A stretch of DNA of 64,000 nt from an uncultured Verrucomicrobiae bacterium. GTDB taxonomy: Bacteria; Verrucomicrobiota; Verrucomicrobiia; Chthoniobacterales; JAFAMB01. Shown here in pieces: positions 22,478-30,957 of the stretch. The stretch is from positions 1 to 64,000 of the forward strand of contig CAVXLD010000010.1 of NCBI GenBank assembly GCA_963762565.1, given 5' to 3'. The position numbers and the translations under genes were made by a program. Within the stretch, counting starts at the first letter, position 1. Each line of letters begins with the position of its first letter. The notes beneath the pieces were generated by a model that did not search any database, was not told the origin of the DNA, and was given only the letters and a program-made list of their open reading frames with translations.

Positions 22478-24763
22478 TTGGAAATCGAGCTTGCTATTGT
22501 CTCGGGGTTACCGCCCTTCAACAGGTCTTTCTCTCAGGAGAGCGTCTTGATTGGACGTTCGACGGAGGCAGACCTGGTTTTGAGCCATCCCGAAGTATCG
22601 CGACGCCACTGCCGGATTATGGCGCAACAGGGCGGATTTGTAATCGAGGACCTGGGCAGCCAGCGCGGCACGGTCGTGAATGGAAGCGCGATCAGCGGCC
22701 AGGTACAGCTGACGCCGGGAGACCAGATCGCGCTAGGCCCTATCGTTATCGGCTTTGGGAAAGCTCCGGCCGGGCAGCTGCCTTCGGGCGGTGAAGCCTC
22801 GGTAGGAGAAGCATTAGGGGCTCCGGGAACGGTCGTGTACGCAAAGCAGGCGGTAGACAGGATCCCGCTCACCGCGCGATTGGTGTTCGGCCGAAGCCAA
22901 GAAGTAGATGTTCAGCTAAACGACCCCATGGTGTCGCGGCGGCACGCAGTGGTAGAAGAGAATTCCGACGGTTTTCGAGTCCTAGATTTGTACAGTCGAG
23001 CGGGCTCGTTCGTGAACGGCCGTCGTTTCGATGAACATCAACTCATCATCGGCGATCAGCTTCAGCTTGGACCGTTCTGTTTTGTTTTCACGGGGAACGA
23101 GCTCCACCGGATCCTTCGAGTCTCGGTGGGGAAAGTTATAGCAAACGGGTTGAACCGTACCGCCGGCGGCAACTTGATCCTTGAAGACGTCTCTTTCGTC
23201 GCCGAACCCGGGCAATTTATCGGCATACTCGGTCCTAGCGGCGCCGGAAAATCGACCCTCCTCGGGGCCTTGAGCGGGTTAAGACCGGCTGATAGCGGAA
23301 AAATATTAATCAACGACATCGACTTTTACGCACATTTGAACCAGCTCCGGTCGATGTTCGGTTATGTGCCGCAGGACGACATCGTTCATGGCGACCTAAC
23401 ACCGGCCGAGGCATTGACGTTCGCCGCTCGCCTTCGTCTTCCAGCGGGGACACCTAGGTCCGCCATCGGTGCGCTTGTCCAACAAACCATGGGGAGCCTT
23501 GGTCTTGCCGAGCGGAAGGATCTGCGGATTTCGCTGCTCTCGGGCGGCCAACGGAAACGGGTCAGTGTCGGAGTAGAGCTGCTCCGGCGCCCGCCACTAA
23601 TCTTTTTAGACGAACCTACGTCCGGTCTGGATCCATTTTCTGAGTTTAAACTCATGGAACTGTTGCGCCGATTGGCGGACACCGGTTGCACAGTGATCTG
23701 CACAACGCACGTCATGGAAAACGTCTTTCTGATGGATCAGATCGCCGTGCTGCTGGCCGGCAAGTTGCTTTTCCAGGGACCCCCTGATGCAGCTCGAGCC
23801 CGGTTTGGCGTGAGCCGGCTGAGCGCTTTGTACGACCTGCTTCAGACCATCGATCCCAAGACGGTAACCTCCTTTTCTCAGCCAGAGGCTCCTCCAGCAC
23901 CTCCAAGTACCGAACAACGGCCCCCGGAAATCAAGCAGCGACGCCCATTCGCGCTCCCGATTTTACTGGAACGCCAGTTGGCGATTTTCAGAGCTGACCT
24001 AAAGAATCTGGTAATTGCCCTCGGCCAACCTTTAGTGATCGGTCTCCTGGTGTGTTGGGTAACCGACCACATTCCCCTGATTCAGTTCTTCGCTTACATT
24101 GCTACCTTCTGGTTCGGATGCAGCAATTCCGCCCAAGAAATCGTTAAAGAGACCCCGATTTATCGGCGAGAACGCCTCGTCGGCCTAAGCCGAACCAGCT
24201 ATCTGGCAAGCAAGCTCATCTGGATGGGGAGCATCACCAGCTTACAAAGCCTGATCCTTTACGCCTGCACACTGGTTACCCAACGGGTTCCGCTTTCCGC
24301 TGCACCGGCTGAAATTGTGGGGCTGCTACTGCTTTCGTTTGCAGCCACCGGCATCGGGTTAGCCATCTCCTGTTTTGCCCGCTCGGCTCTCCAAGCCGTG
24401 ATGCTAGTGCCGCTGATATTGATCCCCCAAATTTTACTGTCCGGCTACACGGTGGAAGCGTCCCAGATGGATACGCCGGTGCTCTGGGTGGCTCAAATCA
24501 TGCCCAGTTTTGCAGCGGAACGCATTTCGGACGAGAGCATACTTTTGAATCAACAGATCGCCAGAGATGTGAGTGAAAAGTTCGATCGGCCGTACGACAA
24601 TCTTAATCAGTATTATCGGGCGGCGACCGGGCAACGCTTCAAGACCGGTCAAATTTATTCGGACACGCGGCCGCTTTGGGTTGGCTATTTAAATCTGTTT
24701 CTTTGGAGCCTAACCGGGTTCGTTCTGTCGTATGTGGGATTGGTGTTCAAGGAGAAAGAGTAA
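22478..24763 (+). CDS. FHA-FHA-ABC transporter ATPase/permease (Rv1747-like)
   Basis: Two FHA domains (IGRS...VSRRH...GS.NG), GPSGAGKST, LSGGQRKR, DEPTSGLD and a C-terminal ABC2 membrane domain. Confidence 0.92.
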   Translation: MEIELAIVSGLPPFNRSFSQESVLIGRSTEADLVLSHPEVSRRHCRIMAQQGGFVIEDLGSQRGTVVNGSAISGQVQLTPGDQIALGPIVIGFGKAPAGQLPSGGEASVGEALGAPGTVVYAKQAVDRIPLTARLVFGRSQEVDVQLNDPMVSRRHAVVEENSDGFRVLDLYSRAGSFVNGRRFDEHQLIIGDQLQLGPFCFVFTGNELHRILRVSVGKVIANGLNRTAGGNLILEDVSFVAEPGQFIGILGPSGAGKSTLLGALSGLRPADSGKILINDIDFYAHLNQLRSMFGYVPQDDIVHGDLTPAEALTFAARLRLPAGTPRSAIGALVQQTMGSLGLAERKDLRISLLSGGQRKRVSVGVELLRRPPLIFLDEPTSGLDPFSEFKLMELLRRLADTGCTVICTTHVMENVFLMDQIAVLLAGKLLFQGPPDAARARFGVSRLSALYDLLQTIDPKTVTSFSQPEAPPAPPSTEQRPPEIKQRRPFALPILLERQLAIFRADLKNLVIALGQPLVIGLLVCWVTDHIPLIQFFAYIATFWFGCSNSAQEIVKETPIYRRERLVGLSRTSYLASKLIWMGSITSLQSLILYACTLVTQRVPLSAAPAEIVGLLLLSFAATGIGLAISCFARSALQAVMLVPLILIPQILLSGYTVEASQMDTPVLWVAQIMPSFAAERISDESILLNQQIARDVSEKFDRPYDNLNQYYRAATGQRFKTGQIYSDTRPLWVGYLNLFLWSLTGFVLSYVGLVFKEKE

Positions 24764-24835
24764 ATCGCCGCCCATCACCTCGGACTTCGTTCTCGTCCTC
24801 GTAGTCGTCCGCCCAATGAACACGAGCCCATCGCC

Positions 24836-25073
24836 GGGAGGGATCGCAGCCTGTCCGACATAGCCTTCCATCGTGGGTCTTTTCTTCGCTGCGCTGGCGA
24901 CGTCGGATCCTCGCGATCAGTTGTCCTCGAAGTCCACGACAGACCCAATCCAGCGTTAGCCTGAGTCCCAAATTGTAGACCCGTTCGCGGCGCGCGAGGA
25001 TCCGACTTCGCCGAGCGAAAGAACAAATAACCTCAAGATCACAGGCTTCGTCGGACAGGCTGCGCGCCCTCCC
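24836..25073. repeat. inverted pair of a second REP family (GGGAGGGnnCGC..CCTGTCCG..GGATCCTCGCG)
   Basis: Copies at 24836-24918 (+) and 24989-25073 (-), between convergent genes; a third copy is at 33578-33634. Confidence 0.75.
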
Positions 25074-25093
25074 CGATCTGCGTGCGGACTCCG

Positions 25094-26005
25094 TTAGCCG
25101 TCTTTCAATCCGAACACGCGGACTTGCTGGCTCTTGCCTTTCAGTTGAAAGACACCGAAGTCGGCAAATTGCCGGCCCGGCGGCAACACAGTCACAAAGT
25201 CTTCTGATAACACAAGAGGCTGGTTCAACTGTTTCATGACGCCTTCCAGCCGAAAAGCGGTATTAACAGAGTCACCGATAATCGTCGCGTCGCGAACTGC
25301 TACCTGCCCGATATTGCTGCTGGTAACCCTTCCAAAATGTAAAGCGATACCGACGCGAAACGGCTGATCCGTATCGGCCCAGGTACGGCTAGCGGCTAAT
25401 TCCAAGATGGTGTACGCGACGTCAAGACAAGTGGCGGATTCCGTTCCGATTTGATCCCGGGCAGGCCAATAAGCCAACACAGCGTCGCCAATGTATTTAT
25501 CGATAATCCCGCCCGTGGATTGTACGGTATTTCCGATATCGCGAAACCAGTTGCCTAAGATTTGGGCGATCTTGCGATCGCCGAGCTTTTCTGCCATCGG
25601 GCTGAACCCGCGGATATCGCAAACCAAAAGCGAGACGGAAAGAATTGCGTGACTCGTATCGTGGCTTAAAGCGGCCAAGGTTGCATCGGTGTGATCACCG
25701 CTCTGATCGCCCGGCATGGTTTCAAACACGAGCTCATAATCCGCGATTCGAACCCGAGAGCCGGGCTCAAGTACGACGGGCATGACGACGCGTTGATCAT
25801 TGACGAACGTCCCATTTCGGCTGCCCAGATCCATAATCTGGTACTGGAAAGCGTTGTGGCAACGAACGATCGCGTGTTGGCGGGATACGTGATTGCCGGG
25901 AAGAGGAACCGTGTTATCAACGGTCCGCCCGATGGTAGCAGTATTCTCTATTGTCCTCTCAAACGGTTCACCCGTAGGAGGATACACGCGAAATTTAGCC
26001 GGCAT
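25094..26005 (-). CDS. FHA-domain adenylate/guanylate cyclase
   Basis: FHA domain (IGRT...VSRQH...GSRNGT) plus class III cyclase motifs (CDIRGFS, DKYIGDAVLA, IGDSVNTAFRLE, LKGK). Confidence 0.92.
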   Translation of the reverse strand: MPAKFRVYPPTGEPFERTIENTATIGRTVDNTVPLPGNHVSRQHAIVRCHNAFQYQIMDLGSRNGTFVNDQRVVMPVVLEPGSRVRIADYELVFETMPGDQSGDHTDATLAALSHDTSHAILSVSLLVCDIRGFSPMAEKLGDRKIAQILGNWFRDIGNTVQSTGGIIDKYIGDAVLAYWPARDQIGTESATCLDVAYTILELAASRTWADTDQPFRVGIALHFGRVTSSNIGQVAVRDATIIGDSVNTAFRLEGVMKQLNQPLVLSEDFVTVLPPGRQFADFGVFQLKGKSQQVRVFGLKDG

Positions 26006-26138
26006 TTAACTTTCCAGAAGCTCGGGCTAACGATGCCACGAGGCAAGCGCCTTGGCTAGCATTTGGTCCCAACCGGGAAAGAAAATCAGGCGACCGCGGG
26101 ACGCACTGGTAGGGTGAGGCTCCCGAATGACCTAATTT

Positions 26139-26345
26139 GGTAGGGCGAGGCTCCGGAGTAGCCGGAAGAGACTATCAGGGGGAGTGATGATTCGTCGGTA
26201 TATTGGGTGCGAAGTCCGAGAGCTGCCGAGCCGTCGGCTGCGCAACCCACGGCTCGGCAGTTCTTAGGCACTGCGACTGATATGGCGACCAAACAATTAT
26301 TTACCCTGCGATTTGTCTCAGGCTATTCCGGAGCCTCGCCCTACC
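26139..26345. repeat. inverted pair of split-REP units E (26139-26233 +) and F (26250-26345 -)
   Basis: Cores of 64 and 65 nt; an extra truncated end lies at 26108. Confidence 0.9.
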
Positions 26346-26370
26346 AACGCCAGGAGGCACGCTCCGCCGT

Positions 26371-26577
26371 TTAGCCTTTATCCAAGAAAAATGGCAAGCT
26401 TCCGCTGAAATGCTGGTGAACGATCGTCGCTAGGTAGGACATGATGATCAGGAAGATCGTGATCAGGCCAGCCGCCATGCCGAGCCCGGCTAACCCTACT
26501 CGTAGTTCTCGCTGAAAAGAGTGGTCTTCGGTGGGGGCAGGTTTTTGTTGTTCCATGGTTTCTTTCAGAGGGATCAC
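26371..26577 (-). CDS. small single-TM hypothetical protein
   Basis: One hydrophobic segment, VGLAGLGMAAGLITIFLIIMSYL. Confidence 0.5.
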   Translation of the reverse strand: MIPLKETMEQQKPAPTEDHSFQRELRVGLAGLGMAAGLITIFLIIMSYLATIVHQHFSGSLPFFLDKG

Positions 26578-26616
26578 CTAATACTTTCGCGCTAAAGGCG
26601 GGTTGTAAAGAGCAAT

Positions 26617-26795
26617 CCGTGGGACGCGCCTTGCTTGCAAGGCCGATAGCCGCCGGCACCGTGGAGCGCGCCTTGCTTGCAAGGCCGATAGCGGCCGGCA
26701 CCGTGAAGCTCCTTTATTCGGCACGGGTTCGCAAGGCAGGCAATTTACCCACGGTTCCGACCGAGTCGGCCTTGCAAGCAAGGCGCGCTCCACAA
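26617..26795. repeat. third REP family (CCGTGGAGCGCGCCTTGCTTGCAAGGCCGA), tandem and inverted copies
   Basis: Two tandem copies at ~26617-26700 and an inverted copy at 26765-26793. Further copies occur at ~59075-59255 and inside uvrA. Confidence 0.8.
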
Positions 26796-26856
26796 GTCCC
26801 TAAACTTTTTGGCCCTCCGCAGTTGACTCAGGCCTAAGCATCACCTAACCTGGCAA

Positions 26857-26970
26857 CTTCCATCAAGAGTGGCGGAGGGACTGGCCCAATGATGCCACGG
26901 CAACCGGTTCTGTGTGAACGGAACGACCAGGTGCCAATTCCAGGTCCGAGTTTTCGGGCGAAGATGGAGA
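26857..26970 (+). ncRNA. SAM-I riboswitch (S-box)
   Basis: TTCCATCAAGAGTGGCGGAGGGACTGGCCCAATGATGCCACGGCAACC...GGTGCCAATTCC...AAGATGGAG matches the SAM-I consensus, with P1 formed by CCATC/GATGG. Confidence 0.93.
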
Positions 26971-27012
26971 GAGCGATTTGGTGACGTGATTCGCACTCTT
27001 GGTGGGAAAGAA

Positions 27013-28281
27013 ATGACTATTCCTGCCATGGACAATAATCCCTTATTCTCGCACCTCCAATGCCGTGAATGTGGACGTCGCTATCCGAAGGACGCGATCC
27101 ACGTGTGCGAGTTCGATTTCGGACCATTAGAAGCGGCTTACGATTATCCCGCCATCGCCAAACAGGTCACCCGGGCAAAAATCGAAGCTCGTCCGCGGTC
27201 GATGTGGCGTTACCGCGAGTTGCTGCCGATCGAAGGTGAGCCTCTGGTAGGCAAGCATACGGGATTCACCCCTTTGGTGCGAGCAAATCGCCTCGCAGAA
27301 CGGCTCGGGGTAAAAGAGCTCTACATCAAAAACGACGCAGTAAATTTCCCTAGTCTCTCATTTAAAGACCGCGTGGTCGCGGTCGCCCTTACCCGAGCGA
27401 AAGAGCTAGGGATCGACACTGTGGCTTGCGCTTCAACTGGTAATTTAGCAAACGCTGTCGCCGCTCATGCCGCCTCCGCCGGGCTACGCAGTTTCGTCCT
27501 CATACCGGCCGACCTGGAGCAAAGCAAGATTCTTAATTCGTTGGTGTATGGAACCAATGTTATTGCGATCGACGGGGCGTATGATCAGGTCAATCGCCTT
27601 TGTTCAGAGGTTGCCGGCAAGTACGGCTGGGGATTCGTTAATGTGAATCTCCGCCCATACTATGCGGAAGGCTCAAAGACCCTAGGGTTCGAGATCGTTG
27701 AACAACTGGGCTGGAAAATTCCTCGGCACACAGTAGTCCCTATGGCCAGTGGTTCTTTACTGACCAAAATTGGCAAGGCTTACGAGGAACTCGGCAAAGT
27801 CGGGTTGGTCGCCGAAACCGCATATTCCATCTATGGAGCTCAGGCGGCCGGATGTTCACCCATCAGTACCGCGATTAAGAATAATACCGAGACAGTGCGG
27901 CCGGTCAGCAAACCGCAGACGATTGCGAAGTCGCTCTCGATTGGGACACCGGCGGACGGTTATTACGCGATCAGGGCCATGAAAAATAGCGGCGGGACCG
28001 CTGAAGATTGCAGTGATGAAGAGATTATCAATGCCATCCGGCTGTTAGCGGAGACAGAAGGTATCTTTGCGGAGACCGCGGGCGGCGTAACTCTAGCTTG
28101 TGCTCAGAAATTAATTGCCAACGGCGCGATTCCTCGAGATGAGTCGATCGCCCTCTGTATCACCGGCTACGGCCTGAAGACGCAAGAAGCGATTGCTGGG
28201 CATGTTGGTAGCCCTTCTGTGATCCGACCCAATCTGCGAGCATTCGAAGAGCTGGTCGAACAAGCTGTCCAACCAATTTAA
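27013..28281 (+). CDS. thrC: threonine synthase-family PLP enzyme
   Basis: CxxC N-terminus, SMWRYRELLP, GFTPLV, SFKDR (PLP lysine), ASTGN, YYAEGSKT and ITGYGLKT. Confidence 0.88.
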   Translation: MTIPAMDNNPLFSHLQCRECGRRYPKDAIHVCEFDFGPLEAAYDYPAIAKQVTRAKIEARPRSMWRYRELLPIEGEPLVGKHTGFTPLVRANRLAERLGVKELYIKNDAVNFPSLSFKDRVVAVALTRAKELGIDTVACASTGNLANAVAAHAASAGLRSFVLIPADLEQSKILNSLVYGTNVIAIDGAYDQVNRLCSEVAGKYGWGFVNVNLRPYYAEGSKTLGFEIVEQLGWKIPRHTVVPMASGSLLTKIGKAYEELGKVGLVAETAYSIYGAQAAGCSPISTAIKNNTETVRPVSKPQTIAKSLSIGTPADGYYAIRAMKNSGGTAEDCSDEEIINAIRLLAETEGIFAETAGGVTLACAQKLIANGAIPRDESIALCITGYGLKTQEAIAGHVGSPSVIRPNLRAFEELVEQAVQPI

Positions 28282-28294
28282 CGAGATAACCCTT

Positions 28295-28570
28295 ATGTCT
28301 GTGCCTGTCCGCATTCCAACCCCGTTGCGTAAGCTAACCCAAGATCAGGAAATTGTTGAAGTCGATGGCCTCACGATCCGAGATGTGATCGAAAACCTCG
28401 AGAAGGCTTATCCTGGCCTAAAGGAACGCATCTGCGACGAGGAAAATAATATCCGTCGTTTTGTTAACGTGTTTGTTAACGATGAAGACATCCGATTCCT
28501 CCAAGATGCTGCCACCCCGGTCAAGCCGGGAGACGAAGTCAGCATTGTTCCAGCGATTGCCGGGGGGTAG
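28295..28570 (+). CDS. MoaD/ThiS/CysO-type ubiquitin-like sulfur carrier
   Basis: VRIPTPLR...RRFVNVFVNDEDIRFL...IVPAIAGG with a C-terminal GG. Confidence 0.92.
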   Translation: MSVPVRIPTPLRKLTQDQEIVEVDGLTIRDVIENLEKAYPGLKERICDEENNIRRFVNVFVNDEDIRFLQDAATPVKPGDEVSIVPAIAGG

Positions 28571-28571
28571 A

Positions 28572-28620
28572 GGCGTTTGGCGTTTGGCGTTTGGCGTTTG
28601 GCGTTTCGGCGTTTGGCGGT
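28572..28620. repeat. simple tandem repeat (GGCGTTT)n
   Basis: Seen directly. Similar short intergenic tandem tracts occur at 18836-18868, 20866-20895, 21350-21390 and 59270-59303. Confidence 0.8.
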
Positions 28621-28706
28621 TGCCGGCTGACGGTTCGAAGCTGTTTTTAAGGTTGTTGGTTAGGTGATGGTTGGTGGTTTGCGGTTTGAGGTCTGGCGGT
28701 TAAGGG

Positions 28707-29726
28707 TTGGTTGTTTTGATTGATCTGAGACCGCTCGACCCCGCCGTGCCATGGCATCTTCGTCGACTGCTGTTTGGTCTGGCGTTGTTTGGGGCGGTTG
28801 GCGTTGTAGTACCCGCCAGTCTCGCCCAGCAACTACCGGATGAGGCGCGCTCGAGCATTCACGCGGCGGGCGGTATCGTTTCAACGGTTCGCGCCGGCAA
28901 CCTGGTTTTCGCAGCGGTTTCGATTAATCAGTCGCCGCCTACTTGGTGGTTAGTCGATACCGGGGCAACCACGTGTGAGTTCGATCTGGGAACCGCTAAC
29001 CGGCTCAATCTGAAGCGATCGAAGAGATATCGGCTCACCTCGAATCCAAAAAACCGAGGAGAGCGGTTCGTTTTTGTGGAAGCACCTGATCTAGTGGTGG
29101 GAACGGTCGAGTGTGGACCGCTGGTAATGCTGGCGCATCCGCTGGTTCAAGCGCTGAGCAAGTCTGAGGGCCCTCCGCACTGGTCCGGGCCGTTCGAAAA
29201 GACCGGGCTGCTCGGAATGAACCTGCTTGCCGCTAAGCATGCAATCATCGTCTGGCGAAAACAGCGGATCTATCTTGACCCTAGCGATCCAGAGATAAAA
29301 TCGAAAGCCGAATACGAGGCAGAAGGTTATAGATCGGTCCCATTTAGCGTAACCGCTAGCCGGCAAGTCCAGATTGAAGGCACGTTAGGAAGCGTTCACT
29401 ATCAATTTTGCCTCGATACCGGCAGCCCTAGAACCATGATCGACCAGTCGGTGGTAGATGAGGACCGGCTTCCCTACCGCCTGACTAATTCCACTGTCAA
29501 GAGCCCTCTGAAGGAGTTTGCCGACAGCAAAGTCGTTCGGGTTATCGGCACGCGGTTTCAACTGGGCAATTATGATTTGAGTGATCGCAAAATCCTGGCT
29601 GCTTCACTTCATCTGACAAAATCTGCGCGCGGCGATATCTGGGCTGGATTAATCGGGGCAGATGTTCTCTGGGATTATGACGCCGTGATCGACTTTGTGT
29701 CGAATACTCTGTATTTGCATAAATAA
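28707..29726 (+). CDS. secreted two-domain retropepsin-like aspartyl protease
   Basis: WWLVDTGA and FCLDTGS catalytic motifs; GLLGMNLL and GLIGADVL motifs. Confidence 0.8.
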   Translation: MVVLIDLRPLDPAVPWHLRRLLFGLALFGAVGVVVPASLAQQLPDEARSSIHAAGGIVSTVRAGNLVFAAVSINQSPPTWWLVDTGATTCEFDLGTANRLNLKRSKRYRLTSNPKNRGERFVFVEAPDLVVGTVECGPLVMLAHPLVQALSKSEGPPHWSGPFEKTGLLGMNLLAAKHAIIVWRKQRIYLDPSDPEIKSKAEYEAEGYRSVPFSVTASRQVQIEGTLGSVHYQFCLDTGSPRTMIDQSVVDEDRLPYRLTNSTVKSPLKEFADSKVVRVIGTRFQLGNYDLSDRKILAASLHLTKSARGDIWAGLIGADVLWDYDAVIDFVSNTLYLHK

Positions 29727-29820
29727 CTGAGTACCCGTTGATCTACTCTCCAGGACGAGCGTGGAGTCGATTGAGAATTCGGCTTGATTAGATTCGCACC
29801 CATCTGGCAAAAACGCGGCC

Positions 29821-30816
29821 ATGCGGAGGTTTGGCCTGGTATGCCTTTCGTTAGCGGTCGGCATGGCGCTCTCTGAGACAACGCTGTTGAGTTTGCTAAG
29901 CCTCCTTTGCTTGGCCGCTTCTACCCGAGCTCAGGTTGCATTCGGGTATACGAAGATCATTTTCGCGACCCAGAATCACCTGGTAACACCTGTCTCGGTT
30001 AATCACACAGGGGTAACGTGGTGGATGGTCGACACCGGCGCGCCCAGGTCAATGATCGATCCGGAACTGGCAAATAGACTCGGACTACAAGCAACTACGA
30101 CCTTCAAAGCTGGCTCGCACGACGCTGATCGCGGGACCAGATTTCCTATTGTCGTACTCGATGACTTGCTGGCGGGCACATTTCATTGCGGGCGGACAGC
30201 CTGTGTTGAAAGATCAATCAAGGAGGTCAAAAGTTTCGCCACAACGGCTTGGACGGGGAAGTTCGATAAAACAGGACTAATCGGCCTCGATCTCCTTCAT
30301 AAGTACGGTGCTCTCATCAATATTCGAGCTGGGAAGATCTTTTTTTCCCCGACTGGAAACTTGGGAATGTCCCGAGAAGGTTATGAGAAAATGGGGTTCA
30401 CTTATGTTCCACTTACCGTGACTTCGTATGGGCGACTGGAGTTGGTTGGCACTCTCGCAGGTCGCGACTACAGCTTCTTTATTGATACCGGAGCTCCGAT
30501 GACGGTCCTTGAAAACTGGGTTCGGACAGCGGCTAATATTCCATACGTAAACGCCGGCGAGATCACCCTGCCTTTCACGGACATCAAAAATGCTCGGCTC
30601 ACTTATGGAAAGGCTACCGATTTCAAGCTGGGTAGCTATGATGCGAAGGGAGCATTGGTGTGCTTCGCGCCTACAAATCTAGAGGCGACGGGCTTTGGTG
30701 GTTTTTCTCATCAACTTGCCGGCACGATTGGGATCGATTTCCTGTACTATCGATCGGCTATTATCGATATCGGAGGTGGTGCACTTTACCTCAAACCCAG
30801 CACAAACCCGCATTGA
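29821..30816 (+). CDS. secreted two-domain retropepsin-like aspartyl protease
   Basis: WWMVDTGA, FFIDTGA, GLIGLDLL and GTIGIDFL. Confidence 0.82.
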   Translation: MRRFGLVCLSLAVGMALSETTLLSLLSLLCLAASTRAQVAFGYTKIIFATQNHLVTPVSVNHTGVTWWMVDTGAPRSMIDPELANRLGLQATTTFKAGSHDADRGTRFPIVVLDDLLAGTFHCGRTACVERSIKEVKSFATTAWTGKFDKTGLIGLDLLHKYGALINIRAGKIFFSPTGNLGMSREGYEKMGFTYVPLTVTSYGRLELVGTLAGRDYSFFIDTGAPMTVLENWVRTAANIPYVNAGEITLPFTDIKNARLTYGKATDFKLGSYDAKGALVCFAPTNLEATGFGGFSHQLAGTIGIDFLYYRSAIIDIGGGALYLKPSTNPH

Positions 30817-30846
30817 GGTTTAAATTGCTCCTCCGCTTCAGAACCG

Positions 30847-30941
30847 CGGCTCGGCAGCATATTGGCGTTGCACAACCGCCGGCGAAGAACGTGTTTGAGC
30901 TTTGCTTACCCAATTCGGACATTCCGGAGCCTCGCCCTACC
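30847..30941 (-). repeat. split-REP unit G (solo, 64-nt core)
   Basis: Same termini as the other units; lies between convergent genes. Confidence 0.88.
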
Positions 30942-30957
30942 ATTTGCCGGAGCGAAC

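Noticed and set aside
26914..27012. N-terminal extension of thrC in the ORF track
   Set aside because: It overlaps the SAM-I riboswitch; the true start is ATG 27013 or 27028.
17254..30941. Calling the split-REP units a CRISPR or TIGR array
   Set aside because: The units are dispersed and inverted rather than tandem, and they are tied to a RAYT. They are reported as a distinct finding instead.
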